DNA of 29,755 nucleotides from Macrostomum lignano (Eukaryota): NCBI GenBank assembly GCA_002269645.1, contig NIVC01004972.1, positions 1 to 29,755 of the forward strand, read 5' to 3'. Shown piece by piece: positions 18,617 to 29,486 of this stretch (position 1 is its first letter; each line of letters starts with the position of its first letter). The notes under the pieces were generated by a model. It saw only the letters and a program-made list of their open reading frames with translations, ran no database searches and was not told where the DNA came from. The position numbers and the translations under genes were made by a program.

Positions 18617-20235
18617 TAAAATATTCATTACTAACAAATGCATAGCTAGAGTACTATATACTTGTCGCAAAATTGCAGCTTGCTTTAATAGAATTCACTT
18701 TCTCCCTTTTCATTTTCTTCCATTCCCTGTGTGCCTAGTCCATCTTCTATCTGCCGCGCTCTACGTACTGTACATTCTTATCTTGTTTTCCAATTATCGA
18801 TCGGTGAGTTTTTCAGTCAGCCCCCCCTCTCTGTCTCGTTAGAGCATTTTTAGCCCTCGCCCTTCTTACCCATTTCTTCTTATCTTTTCTCTCCCCCCTC
18901 TCTCAACCACGTAAATAAATATACTTGTTTGGGCCCTGCACCCACTTACTAGCTCCTTATTCAATTTAACATCTAATTTAAACGTAGTGTGTTGTTTACT
19001 CTTATTATTTTCTCGACAATACTAATGTAATGTATAATAGCCCAAAAAATCTAGTAAAATGCAAATTTAATCAAAAGCATTTTTATTTAAAATTCTATTG
19101 TTTATTTAGCTTATGTTGAAAATCGTCTAAATAAAATCAGCTAAAACTTTATAATAAAGTACCATTTTAAATTTAAAATTTTTGTTTAATTTACTAAAAC
19201 AATTACGTAATTGACATACAAATTATATCTTGGAAAAATGTATATCAAAATGTATATTTCATGTCCTGCATACATAAATGATACATTTATGGTGACCAAT
19301 CATACATGCACAACTGCTGGCCGATCTGGCCACCATAAATTGTGGTGGACCAGGGGTAAGTAGCAAAATGCCCATCCCAAATAATACAGATGTAGTACTA
19401 ATTAGATGACGAGGCATTTAGCCCTTATAAGACAGTCATAGTTACTCATGTTGTTTACCCAAAATTGCATTAATTTTGCTTTAGGGTTTCTTTCCAGGTA
19501 AGTCGTATTTTAGTCAAAAAGTAAGTCGCATGGCCAGTGTAAATCAGGGAGGTTGCAAATGTATGGTGACCAGTTATGAGCAAAATTTTCTGATCCTCTT
19601 TTGCTTTATGCCCCTATGCACTAAAATTTCTGCTAGGCTTTTGCTATGCATTGTGTGCATTAATTTGTGCACATTTTTGTTTATACCAGAATATACCAGA
19701 ATTGTCTGTTATTGTGTATACCTTCCTGAGTTTAGATTATTACTAACAGTCTAAATTAAAAAAAGCTTTTTTGCAGTTCTAAATTTTTTGTGTAAAATTG
19801 AATATCTTTTTGTGATATTTTTGTCATTTTTCATGGAAAATCAAGGTTATTTATTTGGCATGTAGTTGGTAAGCATGGTGTGCAGTTAGTAAACATAGTT
19901 TGCAGTTGGCATACAAACAAAAAATTTCCTATTGTGCATTCCAGCATGCATTCAACATGATTGAGAGTACGGATTAACTGCAATAGTTTAAGCTTTTTCA
20001 AAATGCTAATAAGACTAGCATGGGTCTAATAGGCTTACTATGATATCTTTAATAGAAGAAATCTTGATATTATAGTATTGACAATATATGCTAATATATA
20101 TGCTAGGATTGGTATAATATAATAAGCCAAGAAAAATCACTGATTTACAATGTCAAAGTATTGCCTAGAATTTTAGATGAATTTAGAAGCATTTTAGCCC
20201 ATTTTAACTGTTTTAAACATTTTGCATGCTGAACA

Positions 20236-20294
20236 ATGTCAAAGGTGACATTTAAGATCACACTGACTTCAGACCCAAAGCTGCCATACAAAGT
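20236..20294 (+). CDS. UFM1: Ubiquitin-fold modifier 1, coding exon 1: MSKVTFKITLTSDPKLPYK(V)
   Basis: Near-identical to the UFM1 N-terminus; 59 nt; donor GTAAGT in phase 2. Confidence 0.97.
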
Positions 20295-20849
20295 GTAAGT
20301 TTTTCAAGTTTTTAATATTGAAATTGGAGATGGAATAAGGGTTACAGACTGGGTTTTTTGTGCAAATGGGTGCGAATAGCATCCTGGTCTTGAAAATCGC
20401 ACCCTGAAATTTGACTCAGCGTGCAAAAAGTGCACCAGAATTTTTTGCAAGGATGTGATGTGGATTTCACAAGTTAGTGTTATGGACGTCTTAAGTCTGT
20501 AACTTTGTATTCTTATAATACACCAGTTTTTGTCTGCAGCAATGCAGCGCATCCTGGTCTTGAAAATCGCACCCTGAAATATAGCACAGGGTGCGAAATC
20601 GCACCCAAGTTATGGACAAAAATCTCAGGTTACAGACCCAAGCTGTGATTTCAATTTTAGCCACAAATTAATGTGACTGCACTTTTAATTGACCCTGGGC
20701 TACTGGCATATCAGAATGCTGCATTAGACTGCTAGGCTACAGCCCCCTTGAGAAGAGAAGGAATATTTCAATATGGCTTTCAATGATGATAAATCTTTCA
20801 AAACTCATAAACATTGAATGCACATTTTAAAAGTTTTAATGCCTTTGTG

Positions 20850-21082
20850 CAGTGCATCTGAAGGCTGTGTATGGCTGTTCAGTCCAAGGACTGGGGGTGG
20901 GGGGGGGTCGCCAACACATCCTCAATTACCCCAGCTAATGCTGGCACCCATTTTACAGCTGGGTGAACTGAAGCAATGCAGAGTGAAGTGTCTTGCTCAA
21001 AGACACAAATTGTTCCAAGTAGGTCAAGAATCGAACCCCCGACTTTTCAGTCGTGAGTGAGTCTAAAACTAACCACTAGGCT
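20850..21082 (-). mobile_element. Same SINE family, copy in the UFM1 intron with a shortened 3' end
   Basis: Matches 10320-10575 in the same orientation (GCATCTGAAGGCTG...TGTCTTGCTCAA...AACCACTAGGCT). Confidence 0.9.
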
Positions 21083-21460
21083 AGAGGTTGTACATGATCT
21101 ATTTTTTGTATCTATTAATATTAGTAACTCAATAGCTAAGAATTTAATGACTTAGTAGAAATAAATGCATGCTGCCAGTTTTAAAGCTTCAGTTCTCAGC
21201 ACCTAGGGTAGGGTTGGCTTGAGTGGGGTTGGCTACTCAAGCAACATTTGCATGTTGTAGTTGAGATGATGGAGTCTAAAGTTAACATAAATGTAGTCCC
21301 AGGCAGTTAAAAGAGCCTGTGAAGTTGATGACTTACTGGAAGTGAATTATAGGAAGTTGTGGAAAATTAATCAGTTACTGATATGGATTTTTGAACATAG
21401 GGGTCAGCATTATACATAGCAGTACTGGATTGACACTGCCATCTGTGCCATTCAAACCAG

Positions 21461-21665
21461 GCTTAGCGTGCCGGAGGCCACTCCATTCACCGCCGTGCTA
21501 AAATTCTCAGCCGAAGAGTTCAAAGTGCCGCCGGCCACCAGCGCTATCATCACTAATGACGGCGTGGGAATTAATCCTCAGCAAACCGCTGGCGAAGTGT
21601 TTCTCAAGTACGGCTCCGAGCTGCGCCTGATTCCGCGCGATCGTGTTGGCCAAGTTGGACTTTGA
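21461..21665 (+). CDS. UFM1: Ubiquitin-fold modifier 1, coding exon 2: [67 protein letters not shown]
   Basis: Acceptor AAACCAG in phase 2; the joined CDS is 264 nt (87 aa) with unmistakable UFM1 sequence. Confidence 0.98.
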
Positions 21666-22332
21666 GATTTGTGTATTGGAGTGTGCGTGCAGTTCTGATG
21701 GATTGGATTGCTGTGTGTTGACTTGTGTCCTCTACTGTTATGAATTCAATTGTATTTAATTATAATGATTATTTACTTATTTTCGACACGACGCTTTCAG
21801 TAGTGTGTGCTTGGTGTGGGGGAACTAATACTAAATAAAATCTTAGTCCATCTTATTTTTAACAAGTCTTTGTTGTTATTGTCCTTGTCTTCGAGTCTTT
21901 GTTTGTGCTAAATATAATAAATATATAGTGAATATGATTCAGAAAATCAATCATCAAAAATGTTTTATAGATGCTTTGACTTTGTTCACACTAGTTAGTT
22001 TTAATGTTGTGGATCTATTTCAGATTTATTCATTTTTCTCTTCGTTAATCACTGCTTTTTGTGTGTTCCAGTGCGTTAAATATTCCCTTACAGTTGCTGA
22101 TAATCTCTGTCTCCATAGCATATTGACATGGCAATATATAAAATAATGTTTAGACGCGATGGATCGGGTCGCTTGACGTTGCTTGCAATCTTTTCTTTGA
22201 CTTCTTTCAAACAATTTTCGTTATTTCTCCTGAGCCTGCGTGTTTAGGACTATTATATAATATGGTACTTTGTCAGTCAACTTCATAGTCAAGCTGATCA
22301 AGTGGAGAATCCCATTCGCTACGGCAGCGAAA

Positions 22333-23430
22333 TATTCTCAAATGGGGGAATTGGGAAGATTCCCAAAAGGAAAATTAGGGGAAATCTCAAATGGGAAAAG
22401 CTAAACATTCTCAAATAGGGAATTGGGAAAGATTCTCAAATGGAAATTGGGAAGATTCTCAAAAGGGACTTGAAAAGATTCTCAAATGGGAAAGGGTGAA
22501 GCTTCTCAAAAGGGGAATCGGGAAAATTCTCAAATGAGAATTGGAAAGATTCTCAAATGGGAAAAGGTGAAGCTTCTCAAATGGGGAATTTGGGAAAGAT
22601 TCTCAAAAGGGGAATTGGGGAAGATTCTTAAAAGGGGAATTTGGGGAAGATTCTTAAAAGGGGAATTGGGGAAGATTCTTAAAAGGGGAATTTGGGAAAG
22701 ATTCTCAAAAGGGGAATTGGGGAAGATTCTTAAAAGGGGAATTTGGGGAAGATTCTCAAAGGGGAATTTGGGAAGCTTCTCATATGGGGAATTGGGGAAG
22801 ATTCTCAAATGAAAATTGGGAAGATTCTCAAAGGGGAATTGGGAAGATTCTCAAGGGGAAGATAGGGAAGATTCTCAAATGAGAAAAAAAGGTGAAGCTT
22901 CTCAAATGGGGAATTTGGGAAAGATTCTCAAAAGGGGAAATCGGGAAGATTCTCAAAAGGGGGAATCGGGAAGATTCTCAAATGGGGAATCGGGGAAGAT
23001 TCTCAAAGGGGAAAATGTGAAGCTTCTCAAAGAGGAATTGGGAAGATTCTCAAGGGGAAGTTAGGGAAGATTCTCAAATAGGAAAAGGTGAAGCTTCTCG
23101 AATTAGGGAAGATTCTCAAAAGGCGAATCGGGAAGATTCTCAAATGGGGAATCGGGGAAGATTCTCAAATGGGGAATTGGGGAAGATTCTCAAAGGGGAA
23201 AAGGTAAAGCTTCTCAAATGGGGAATTGGGGAAGATTCTCAAATGGGGAATTAGGGAAGATTTTCAGGGAAATTTTGGAAGATTCTTAAAGAGGAATAGG
23301 GAAATATTGTTTTAAAAAATTAGGGAAGATTCACAAAGGGTACTTATAGGGAAGATTATTAAAGAAGAATTTAAGAAAACTCTCGAATGGTAATTGGAAG
23401 ATTCTCAATGGGAATTAGGGAAGATTCTGA
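22333..23430. repeat. Degenerate purine-rich minisatellite, about 22-26 bp unit GGGAAGATTCTCAAAWGGGGAATT, about 40 or more copies
   Basis: Direct reading; ends about 135 bp before the MSH6 ATG; explains the ORFs 22486..23064. Confidence 0.93.
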
Positions 23431-23565
23431 AATTTCAGCCGTTGCCTCTGATGCATAAAGCAAAATATTTATGCTGGTTGTGCTGCACGTTGCTGTAATT
23501 CTATAGGGTGTTATAAGAAAAATTGACCCAGGTGAACAAGCAAAAAGGCTCAACAGAAGCCAGAG

Positions 23566-24033
23566 ATGTCGCAGAAGTCTATTCTGCAGTTCTTCTCGCC
23601 GCAGAACAGCGGCCAGGCTAAGAAGCTGCCCTGGCCCGCCGCATCGCCGTCGGCTGGCGCTTTGTCTTCGCCATCAGGCGCAGCAAAGACGCCGAAAAGT
23701 TTGAAAGCGCCGGCTCAGTCTGCTTCTTCCGCTAAAAAGCAAAAATCAATTTCAAAGACGCCGAAACGGAAGGATAAGACTGATAAGCAGCAGCAAGTGC
23801 CGGGCAGGCCGGCTGAAGGCGACTTAGTCTGGGCCAGGATGGACCCGTATCCGTGGTGGCCCGCTCTAGTCTGCCGGCATCCGACCCGGCGCCGGACTTT
23901 TGAAGCCAATCGTCGGCCGGATCGGCCCGGCCGGGTGCACGTGCAATTTTTGGACAGTCCGCCCAACCGGTCCTGGGTGCCGGCCGACTGTGTGCAGCTC
24001 TGGACTGACTTAGCTGGCGGCAATTGCGAACAG
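23566..24033 (+). CDS. MSH6: DNA mismatch repair protein MSH6, exon 1 (PIP box and PWWP domain)
   Basis: N-terminal QKSILQFF PCNA-interacting motif; GDLVWARMDPYPWWPALVC PWWP domain; donor CAG|GTATTA in phase 0. Confidence 0.95.
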
Positions 24034-24071
24034 GTATTAAATCCCCAGCACTAAATATCACCGGTGGTTAT

Positions 24072-24075
<4 letters not shown>

Positions 24076-24106
<31 letters not shown>
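24076..24106. repeat. (TG)15 microsatellite
   Basis: Direct reading. Confidence 0.98.
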
Positions 24107-24108
<2 letters not shown>

Positions 24109-24140
24109 AAGGCAACATGCATGGTCAGCGAGCAAAAGGA

Positions 24141-24416
24141 CAATAAAATGAGGGGTGGGGTTGAGAAGTGACCCCAATTAACAGGGGCAATAAAATAAAG
24201 GTAGGGTTGAGAAGTCACCCCAATTAACAGGGGGCAATAAAATGAGGGTGGGGTAGTGGGGTAGAGAAATGACCCCAATTAACAGGGGGCAATAAAATGA
24301 GGGTGGGGTAGTGGAGTAGAGAAGTGACCCCAACTCACAGCTGGTAGCAATAAAATGAGAGGTGGTGTAGTGGGGTAGAGAAGTGACCCCAACTCACAGC
24401 TGGGAGCAATAAAATG
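24141..24416. repeat. Tandem repeat, 47-59 bp unit CAATAAAATGAG...GAGAAGTGACCCCAA..., 5 copies
   Basis: Five CAATAAAAT-anchored units that diverge progressively; MSH6 intron 1. Confidence 0.9.
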
Positions 24417-24535
24417 CTAGATAATACTACTGATTTCAAGTAGCTTTATGGATTCTAATCCAACATAATTTATCTATCTATAAAGCATCAGTTCATTCGA
24501 TTTGATCCCCGCCCCTGGATCACGCGACCGCATAG

Positions 24536-24778
24536 GCCCGCAGCATGATGTCCTGCGGAGAGTCTATGGAACCGGAGGATCCAAAACTTGCTGCCGCTTA
24601 TAAGATGGCGCTGGATGCTCAGCCTCTTAGCCGGTCCGACAGATTAGACAAACTGCTGGCCCAGCAGGAGCCATCGTCTGGCGAGGAGGATAATGCCGGA
24701 CCGAATGGGACTAGCATTGACGAAGATGCGGATGAGGCGGTGTCAACTGTTCGCAAACGGGGCAGAGAGGAATCGCCA
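24536..24778 (+). CDS. MSH6: MSH6 exon 2: ARSMMSCGESMEPEDPKLAAAYKMALDAQPLSRSDRLDKLL...RKRGREESP
   Basis: The only in-phase acceptor is CATAG at 24535; donor GTAAGT; corresponds to the helix that follows the MSH6 PWWP domain. Confidence 0.8.
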
Positions 24779-25137
24779 GTAAGTATTTTAGCAAGCTACT
24801 TTTAGTAGTTCATACAGTACCGAAATGTATTTCTTTCATTTCTTTGTTTAGATCAATTTTGCATATTTAATATTACCATATATTACGAGCGTAAGTACTA
24901 CAAACTTCGAGTACTTCAGAGTACTACCAAAAAGCTAGGGCCGCTTTTACACCCTGTGTGAGTGCGTTCGTGTGTAAATGTCCATTTAAGGCAAGAAGAG
25001 TGCCATTAACGTTTATATTTTTATTGTTCTTGAATGTTAGAATTAGCATTCCATACTACTTACTTTGTTGTGACGAGTAATATAAAAGCAACATTGCTGA
25101 TATTTTAATTGCTATTTATTAATAAATTGCCATTTAG

Positions 25138-25248
25138 GACGCGAATTCCGGTCCTGCATCGAAACTGCCAGCTAGAAAGAAGCGCCGCGTGGCTGTTATT
25201 GAATCGGACGACGATGAAGAACGAAGGCTGAGTCGGATATGGATTCGG
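25138..25248 (+). CDS. MSH6: MSH6 exon 3: DANSGPASKLPARKKRRVAVIESDDDEE...ESDMDS(D), with an apparent frameshift near 25222-25229
   Basis: Acceptor CATTTAG, donor GTTAGT; the KKRR...ESD motif is typical of the MSH6 linker. Phase only fits exon 4 if an indel is assumed. Confidence 0.7.
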
Positions 25249-25604
25249 GTTAGTTCGAATTGAGGAAACGATGGTTTAAATAGCGTATAGGGAATCTTTC
25301 TTTCTTAGGGTGGAGGCAAAAGTGGGGCGCTTGGCTGCGATTGGTTGGCGGTGTGCCGGTTTGTGGTGGGTTTGTCTTAACCACCTCCAGTTTTTGGGGA
25401 GGGTGCGTTTATTAGCCCTGTGCGATTAAACCGTTGGCATAAAGAGATCTGCTTGCTCTTTATCCTCCCTTATCCTGAGTTGTAGCTTCAGAAATAAAAA
25501 TTAAATTGATAAAGCTTGTTAAACACATGTAGACATTACATCTCTAATTGCATCTCAGCCAAGTGTATTTGGAATCTATCTGAAATAAAGCAGCTATCCA
25601 GCAT

Positions 25605-25892
25605 TTACAGCTTGATGCAGCTGATGATCTGGATGGCGCTGCCGCCGCACTTGCTGGCCAGGCAGGTGGCCAGCTTGCTGATGTTGGTGCCGCTGGAGAA
25701 GAAGCAGGTGATCAGGTTGCTCACCAGGCACGTCACGGAGCTGATGCCGTTTTGCTGCAGGCAGTTGGTGTCGATGCTGATCACGGGAACGACCTCGTGA
25801 ATGATGTCGTTCACGACCTCGTTCTTCTGCTCCGGAGTGTAGGCGGCGGCGGCGAAGGCCACGAGAGCGAACAGACAGACGAGCTTGTACAT
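25605..25892 (-). CDS. Small secreted cysteine-rich protein (95 aa), intronless, nested antisense in MSH6 intron 3; family not recognised
   Basis: Signal peptide MYKLVCLFALVAFAAAA then YTPEQ...; six mature Cys; context GCAGCCATG; strongly G/C-ending codons; minus-strand AATAAA at 25408-25413; CATAAAT TATA-like motif at 25986-25992. Confidence 0.85.
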   Translation of the reverse strand: MYKLVCLFALVAFAAAAYTPEQKNEVVNDIIHEVVPVISIDTNCLQQNGISSVTCLVSNLITCFFSSGTNISKLATCLASKCGGSAIQIISCIKL

Positions 25893-26421
25893 GGCTGCTG
25901 AGCTGGGTGCTTTGGTTGCTGGCTTCTTGAGACTGGCTGCTGGGTTGAGTTGCTGATTGGGTCTCGGGCTCGGTCGCTGGCTCTCATTTATGGTGTCGCT
26001 GGTGCCACTGCAGGTGACGCGGTCTCGCCCTGCCGCGCCGCCCACGCCCTGTCAGAGCTGTCATTTGCCTTAGGAAGGTTAGTAAATCTATTTCAATCAG
26101 AGGTAGTCAGCTTGACATAGCCAAGTGCTTCTCGATTTTATCAGTCTCATGAACTGCCACTTTGCCAAATTGCCACAGTTTTCTCACACTCGCAAAACTC
26201 TAAGCAGCGACCTTTTTCATTGAAAATATCATTCTTTGCTAGTATGCATTGGGCCTTGTGTTTTAAAGTAAACTTTAAACTCTTCTTTCGACACTTTTTC
26301 AAATATTTGACCCACTTTCAATTCGAATTTTCATCAAAAAAGTTATGCATGATTGCCGAAGAATTACAATTTTTTTAAGTTAATGTGAAAAAAATCGACC
26401 AGACGGTTCTCGAAAAAAATC

Positions 26422-27035
<614 letters not shown>

Positions 27036-27037
27036 GG

Positions 27038-27111
27038 ATTGCTGAGGTTATTGCAAAGAGAAGCTACATGTAGTTTATTAAAAAATCAAACGGGGGGCGC
27101 TGATTGCTAGT
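27038..27111 (+). mobile_element. Dispersed repeat end shared with 2283-2367, directly after the ACAG microsatellite and finishing in CTAGT
   Basis: See the match described for 2283-2367. Confidence 0.55.
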
Positions 27112-27492
27112 CAGTTGGTAAAAGTTTTTTAAATACAAATCTTTATGCAGCCTAACCGAATAAATAAGTGTATTAGTATACTTAAGCTCATTAATTGATT
27201 TTAATAGTAAAATTAGACAGCTGCTGAAATTCTGTCCTGAGCTGGTACCTTTCTTGCCGCACATTTTCCTGGCAACCTCGGCTTTTGTACACGATTTTTC
27301 CTAGTTTTACTACAGAAACTGTCTCTTTTGATACTGATAGATAATTCCGAGTCTAAGACAGTCTAATTTAGCGGGTCTGCTTAAAATGTATTGCTACATT
27401 TGAAAAGTAGCTAAAGTGATATTTTCTAGAAATAATCCTAAATGTTGCTATTTGTCAATTAATTCAATGCGCTTACTACTGCTACATTACAG

Positions 27493-28021
27493 ACTACTCT
27501 CCAGGAAAAAGTGGGACTTCATCGTCTGAGGAATCTGCAGAAGAAGAAGAAGACGATGCTTCAGAAGAAGATTCAGCCGACAGCAGTGCCGATTCTGGCA
27601 GCGACCTGGAGAATGTCAGCCCGCCATCCAGGCGTCGCAAAGCTGCCGCAGCCGACAAGAAAAAGCAGAAAAATCCTAAAACACTTGCCGACACGTCGAT
27701 TGCTTCAACAACGAAGACTACGCCAGCCGCGCAAGCCGGGCAGCGGTCTGAGCAGGCTGGCAGCTTTCAGCCCGGCGTCTGTTGCCTCATCCGATGGCGA
27801 GGCCAGCTTCTCAGCGTCGGCACTGGATCGGTCAACGCTTGCCTCGGCTGGTGCGCCGATGATGACGATGTGCAGCTGGGCGGCGGCCAGCAGCAGATCT
27901 GGGATCACCTCAAGCTGGACTGGTTGCGGCCGAGCGGATCCGAGATTCGGCTGGCCGGCGGCCGGACAATCCTGAATATGACGGCCGAACCCTGCTAGTG
28001 CCGGAGAGGTATTATACTCAG
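27493..28021 (+). CDS. MSH6: MSH6 exon 4: acidic linker through WDHLKLDWLRP(E)RIRDSAGRRPDNPEYDGRTLLVPERYYTQ, with about 3 apparent frameshifts
   Basis: Acceptor ATTACAG, donor GTAGGT. The conserved W.H..L.WL....RD...RRP..P.YD..TL.VP motif is split across frames at about 27945-27950. Confidence 0.88.
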
Positions 28022-28088
28022 GTAGGTCAGCCCGCTTCGTGTGTTGAAGTAGAGCTTACAGGATGAATACAGCTTAAAAGCCGAGCTT

Positions 28089-28450
28089 GTAGAGCTTCAG
28101 GGTAGTAGAGCTTCAGGGTAGTAGAGCTTCAGGGTAGTAGAGCTTCAGGGTAGTAGAGCTTCAGGGTAGTAGAGCTTCAGGGTAGTAGAGCTTCAGGGTA
28201 GTAGAGCTTCAGGGTAGTAGAGCTTCAGGGTAGTAGAGCTTCAGGGTAGTAGAGCTTCAGGGTAGTAGAGCTTCAGGGTAGTAGAGCTTCAGGGTAGTAG
28301 AGCTTCAGGGTAGTAGAGCTTCAGGGTAGTAGAGCTTCAGGGCAGTAAAGCTTCAGGGTAGTAGAGCTTCAGGGTAGTAGAGCTTCAGGGCAGTAGAGCT
28401 TCAGGGTAGTAGAGCTTCAGGGTAGTAGAGCTTCAGGGTAGTAGAGCTTC
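28089..28450. repeat. Homogeneous 16-bp minisatellite GTAGAGCTTCAGGGTA, about 22 copies
   Basis: Period 16; MSH6 intron 4. Confidence 0.98.
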
Positions 28451-28680
28451 TAGATAGGAGGCCAGGGCTCCTGGGCCTTCTGGGCCAGGAGCTTCTGGCT
28501 AGGAGTAGAACTTGTATGATTTAAAAACTAAATAATTTTTCTTTCTTTACCTTAAAAATGGGACTTTCTTCCTTCGATGGCCAGCAAAAGCAGGCTCATA
28601 AATTGTCGTAGAATCTACAGAACACTTTATTGAGCAGTTAAACGATTCTTGAAGTATCTTAAGTCCTAAAGGGGTAAAAG

Positions 28681-28962
28681 GCTTGTTGCCTGCTGGTTAG
28701 AGCGTCGGACTCACGACTAAAAGGTCGGGGTTCGATCTCGGCCCACTTAGAACAATCTGTGTCCTTGAGCAAGACACTTCACTCTGCATTGCTTCAGCTC
28801 ACCCAGCTGTAAAATGGGTGCCAGCATTAACTGGGGTAACTGAGGGTGTGTGGCGACCCCCGTCCTTGACTGAACAGGCCGTACGCAGCCTTCAGATGCG
28901 CGCGCGCAATGGCTGCGGCTGAGCTGTCGGTTGCACATCTGGCCTAATTGGGGTGGGTGTAA
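28681..28962 (+). mobile_element. tRNA-headed SINE, best-preserved copy
   Basis: tRNA-like head (...TGGTTAGAGCGTCGGACTCACGACTAAAAGGTCGGGGTTCGATCTC, with B box GGTTCGATC), a core resembling the MIR/CORE or Meta domain, and a family-specific tail shared with 10276-10581. Confidence 0.92.
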
Positions 28963-29123
28963 TCAATTAAATATTAATTTATAATTAAAACCCTCAATAC
29001 AGTATTTAATTTCTTGGATTTAATATTTGTAGTAAGTAGTATATATACAGCTAAATTAACTATAAAAGCTGTTTATAGTCAATCATCATTTATATTTCAC
29101 AAATTTTCATCTATTACCCACAG

Positions 29124-29423
29124 GTGACTCCGGCCATGGTCAGTGGTGGGAAACTGAAGTCGCGCCATTTCGACACGGTGTTATTCTTTAAAGTTGGCAA
29201 ATTCTACGAGCTCTACCATATGGACCGGTGCTTGGCGTGGCAGGAGCTCAATTTGTCCTAACATGCGCGGCGCTTACGCTCATTCGCGGCTTTCCTGAGT
29301 CTCATTTGGTCGCATGGCCGATTCGCTGGTGCAGAAAGGCTACAAAGTAGCCAGGGTTGAGCAGACTGAGACGGCCCGATCAGATGCAGGAGAGGACGCG
29401 AGGCAGGCGCGGGAAAGGAGAAG
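29124..29423 (+). CDS. MSH6: MSH6 exon 5, MutS domain I: [35 protein letters not shown]...[31 protein letters not shown], with about 8 single-base indels; the gene continues beyond the window
   Basis: Acceptor CCCACAG, donor GTAATT; the hallmark [10 protein letters not shown] and [11 protein letters not shown] motifs are recovered after correcting indels. Confidence 0.92.
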
Positions 29424-29486
29424 GTAATTTTTTTATGGTTTGCGTAGATGGCCTGAGGCAGACAAGCACTGGGGAGGAGGCTATGC

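Noticed and set aside
22026-22260. Short minus-strand ORFs downstream of UFM1
   Set aside because: No recognisable product or consistent splice sites.
22486-23064. Repetitive ORFs (GELGKILK... and RIFPNSPF...)
   Set aside because: They are translations of the purine-rich minisatellite.
23715-24061. Antisense ORFs over MSH6 exon 1 (also 27494..27694, 27705..27908, and 8979..9860 over the tropomyosin IDR exon)
   Set aside because: Shadow ORFs of GC-rich coding exons.
25893-26045. 51-aa N-terminal extension of the nested secreted protein ORF
   Set aside because: The signal peptide and good Kozak context begin at 25892; the extension spans the putative TATA box and 5' UTR.
28681-28745. tRNA gene-like sequence (also about 15077-15140, 10510-10581 and 21030-21082)
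   Set aside because: The acceptor stem and cloverleaf are incomplete and each is fused to the same SINE body, so these are SINE heads rather than tRNA genes.
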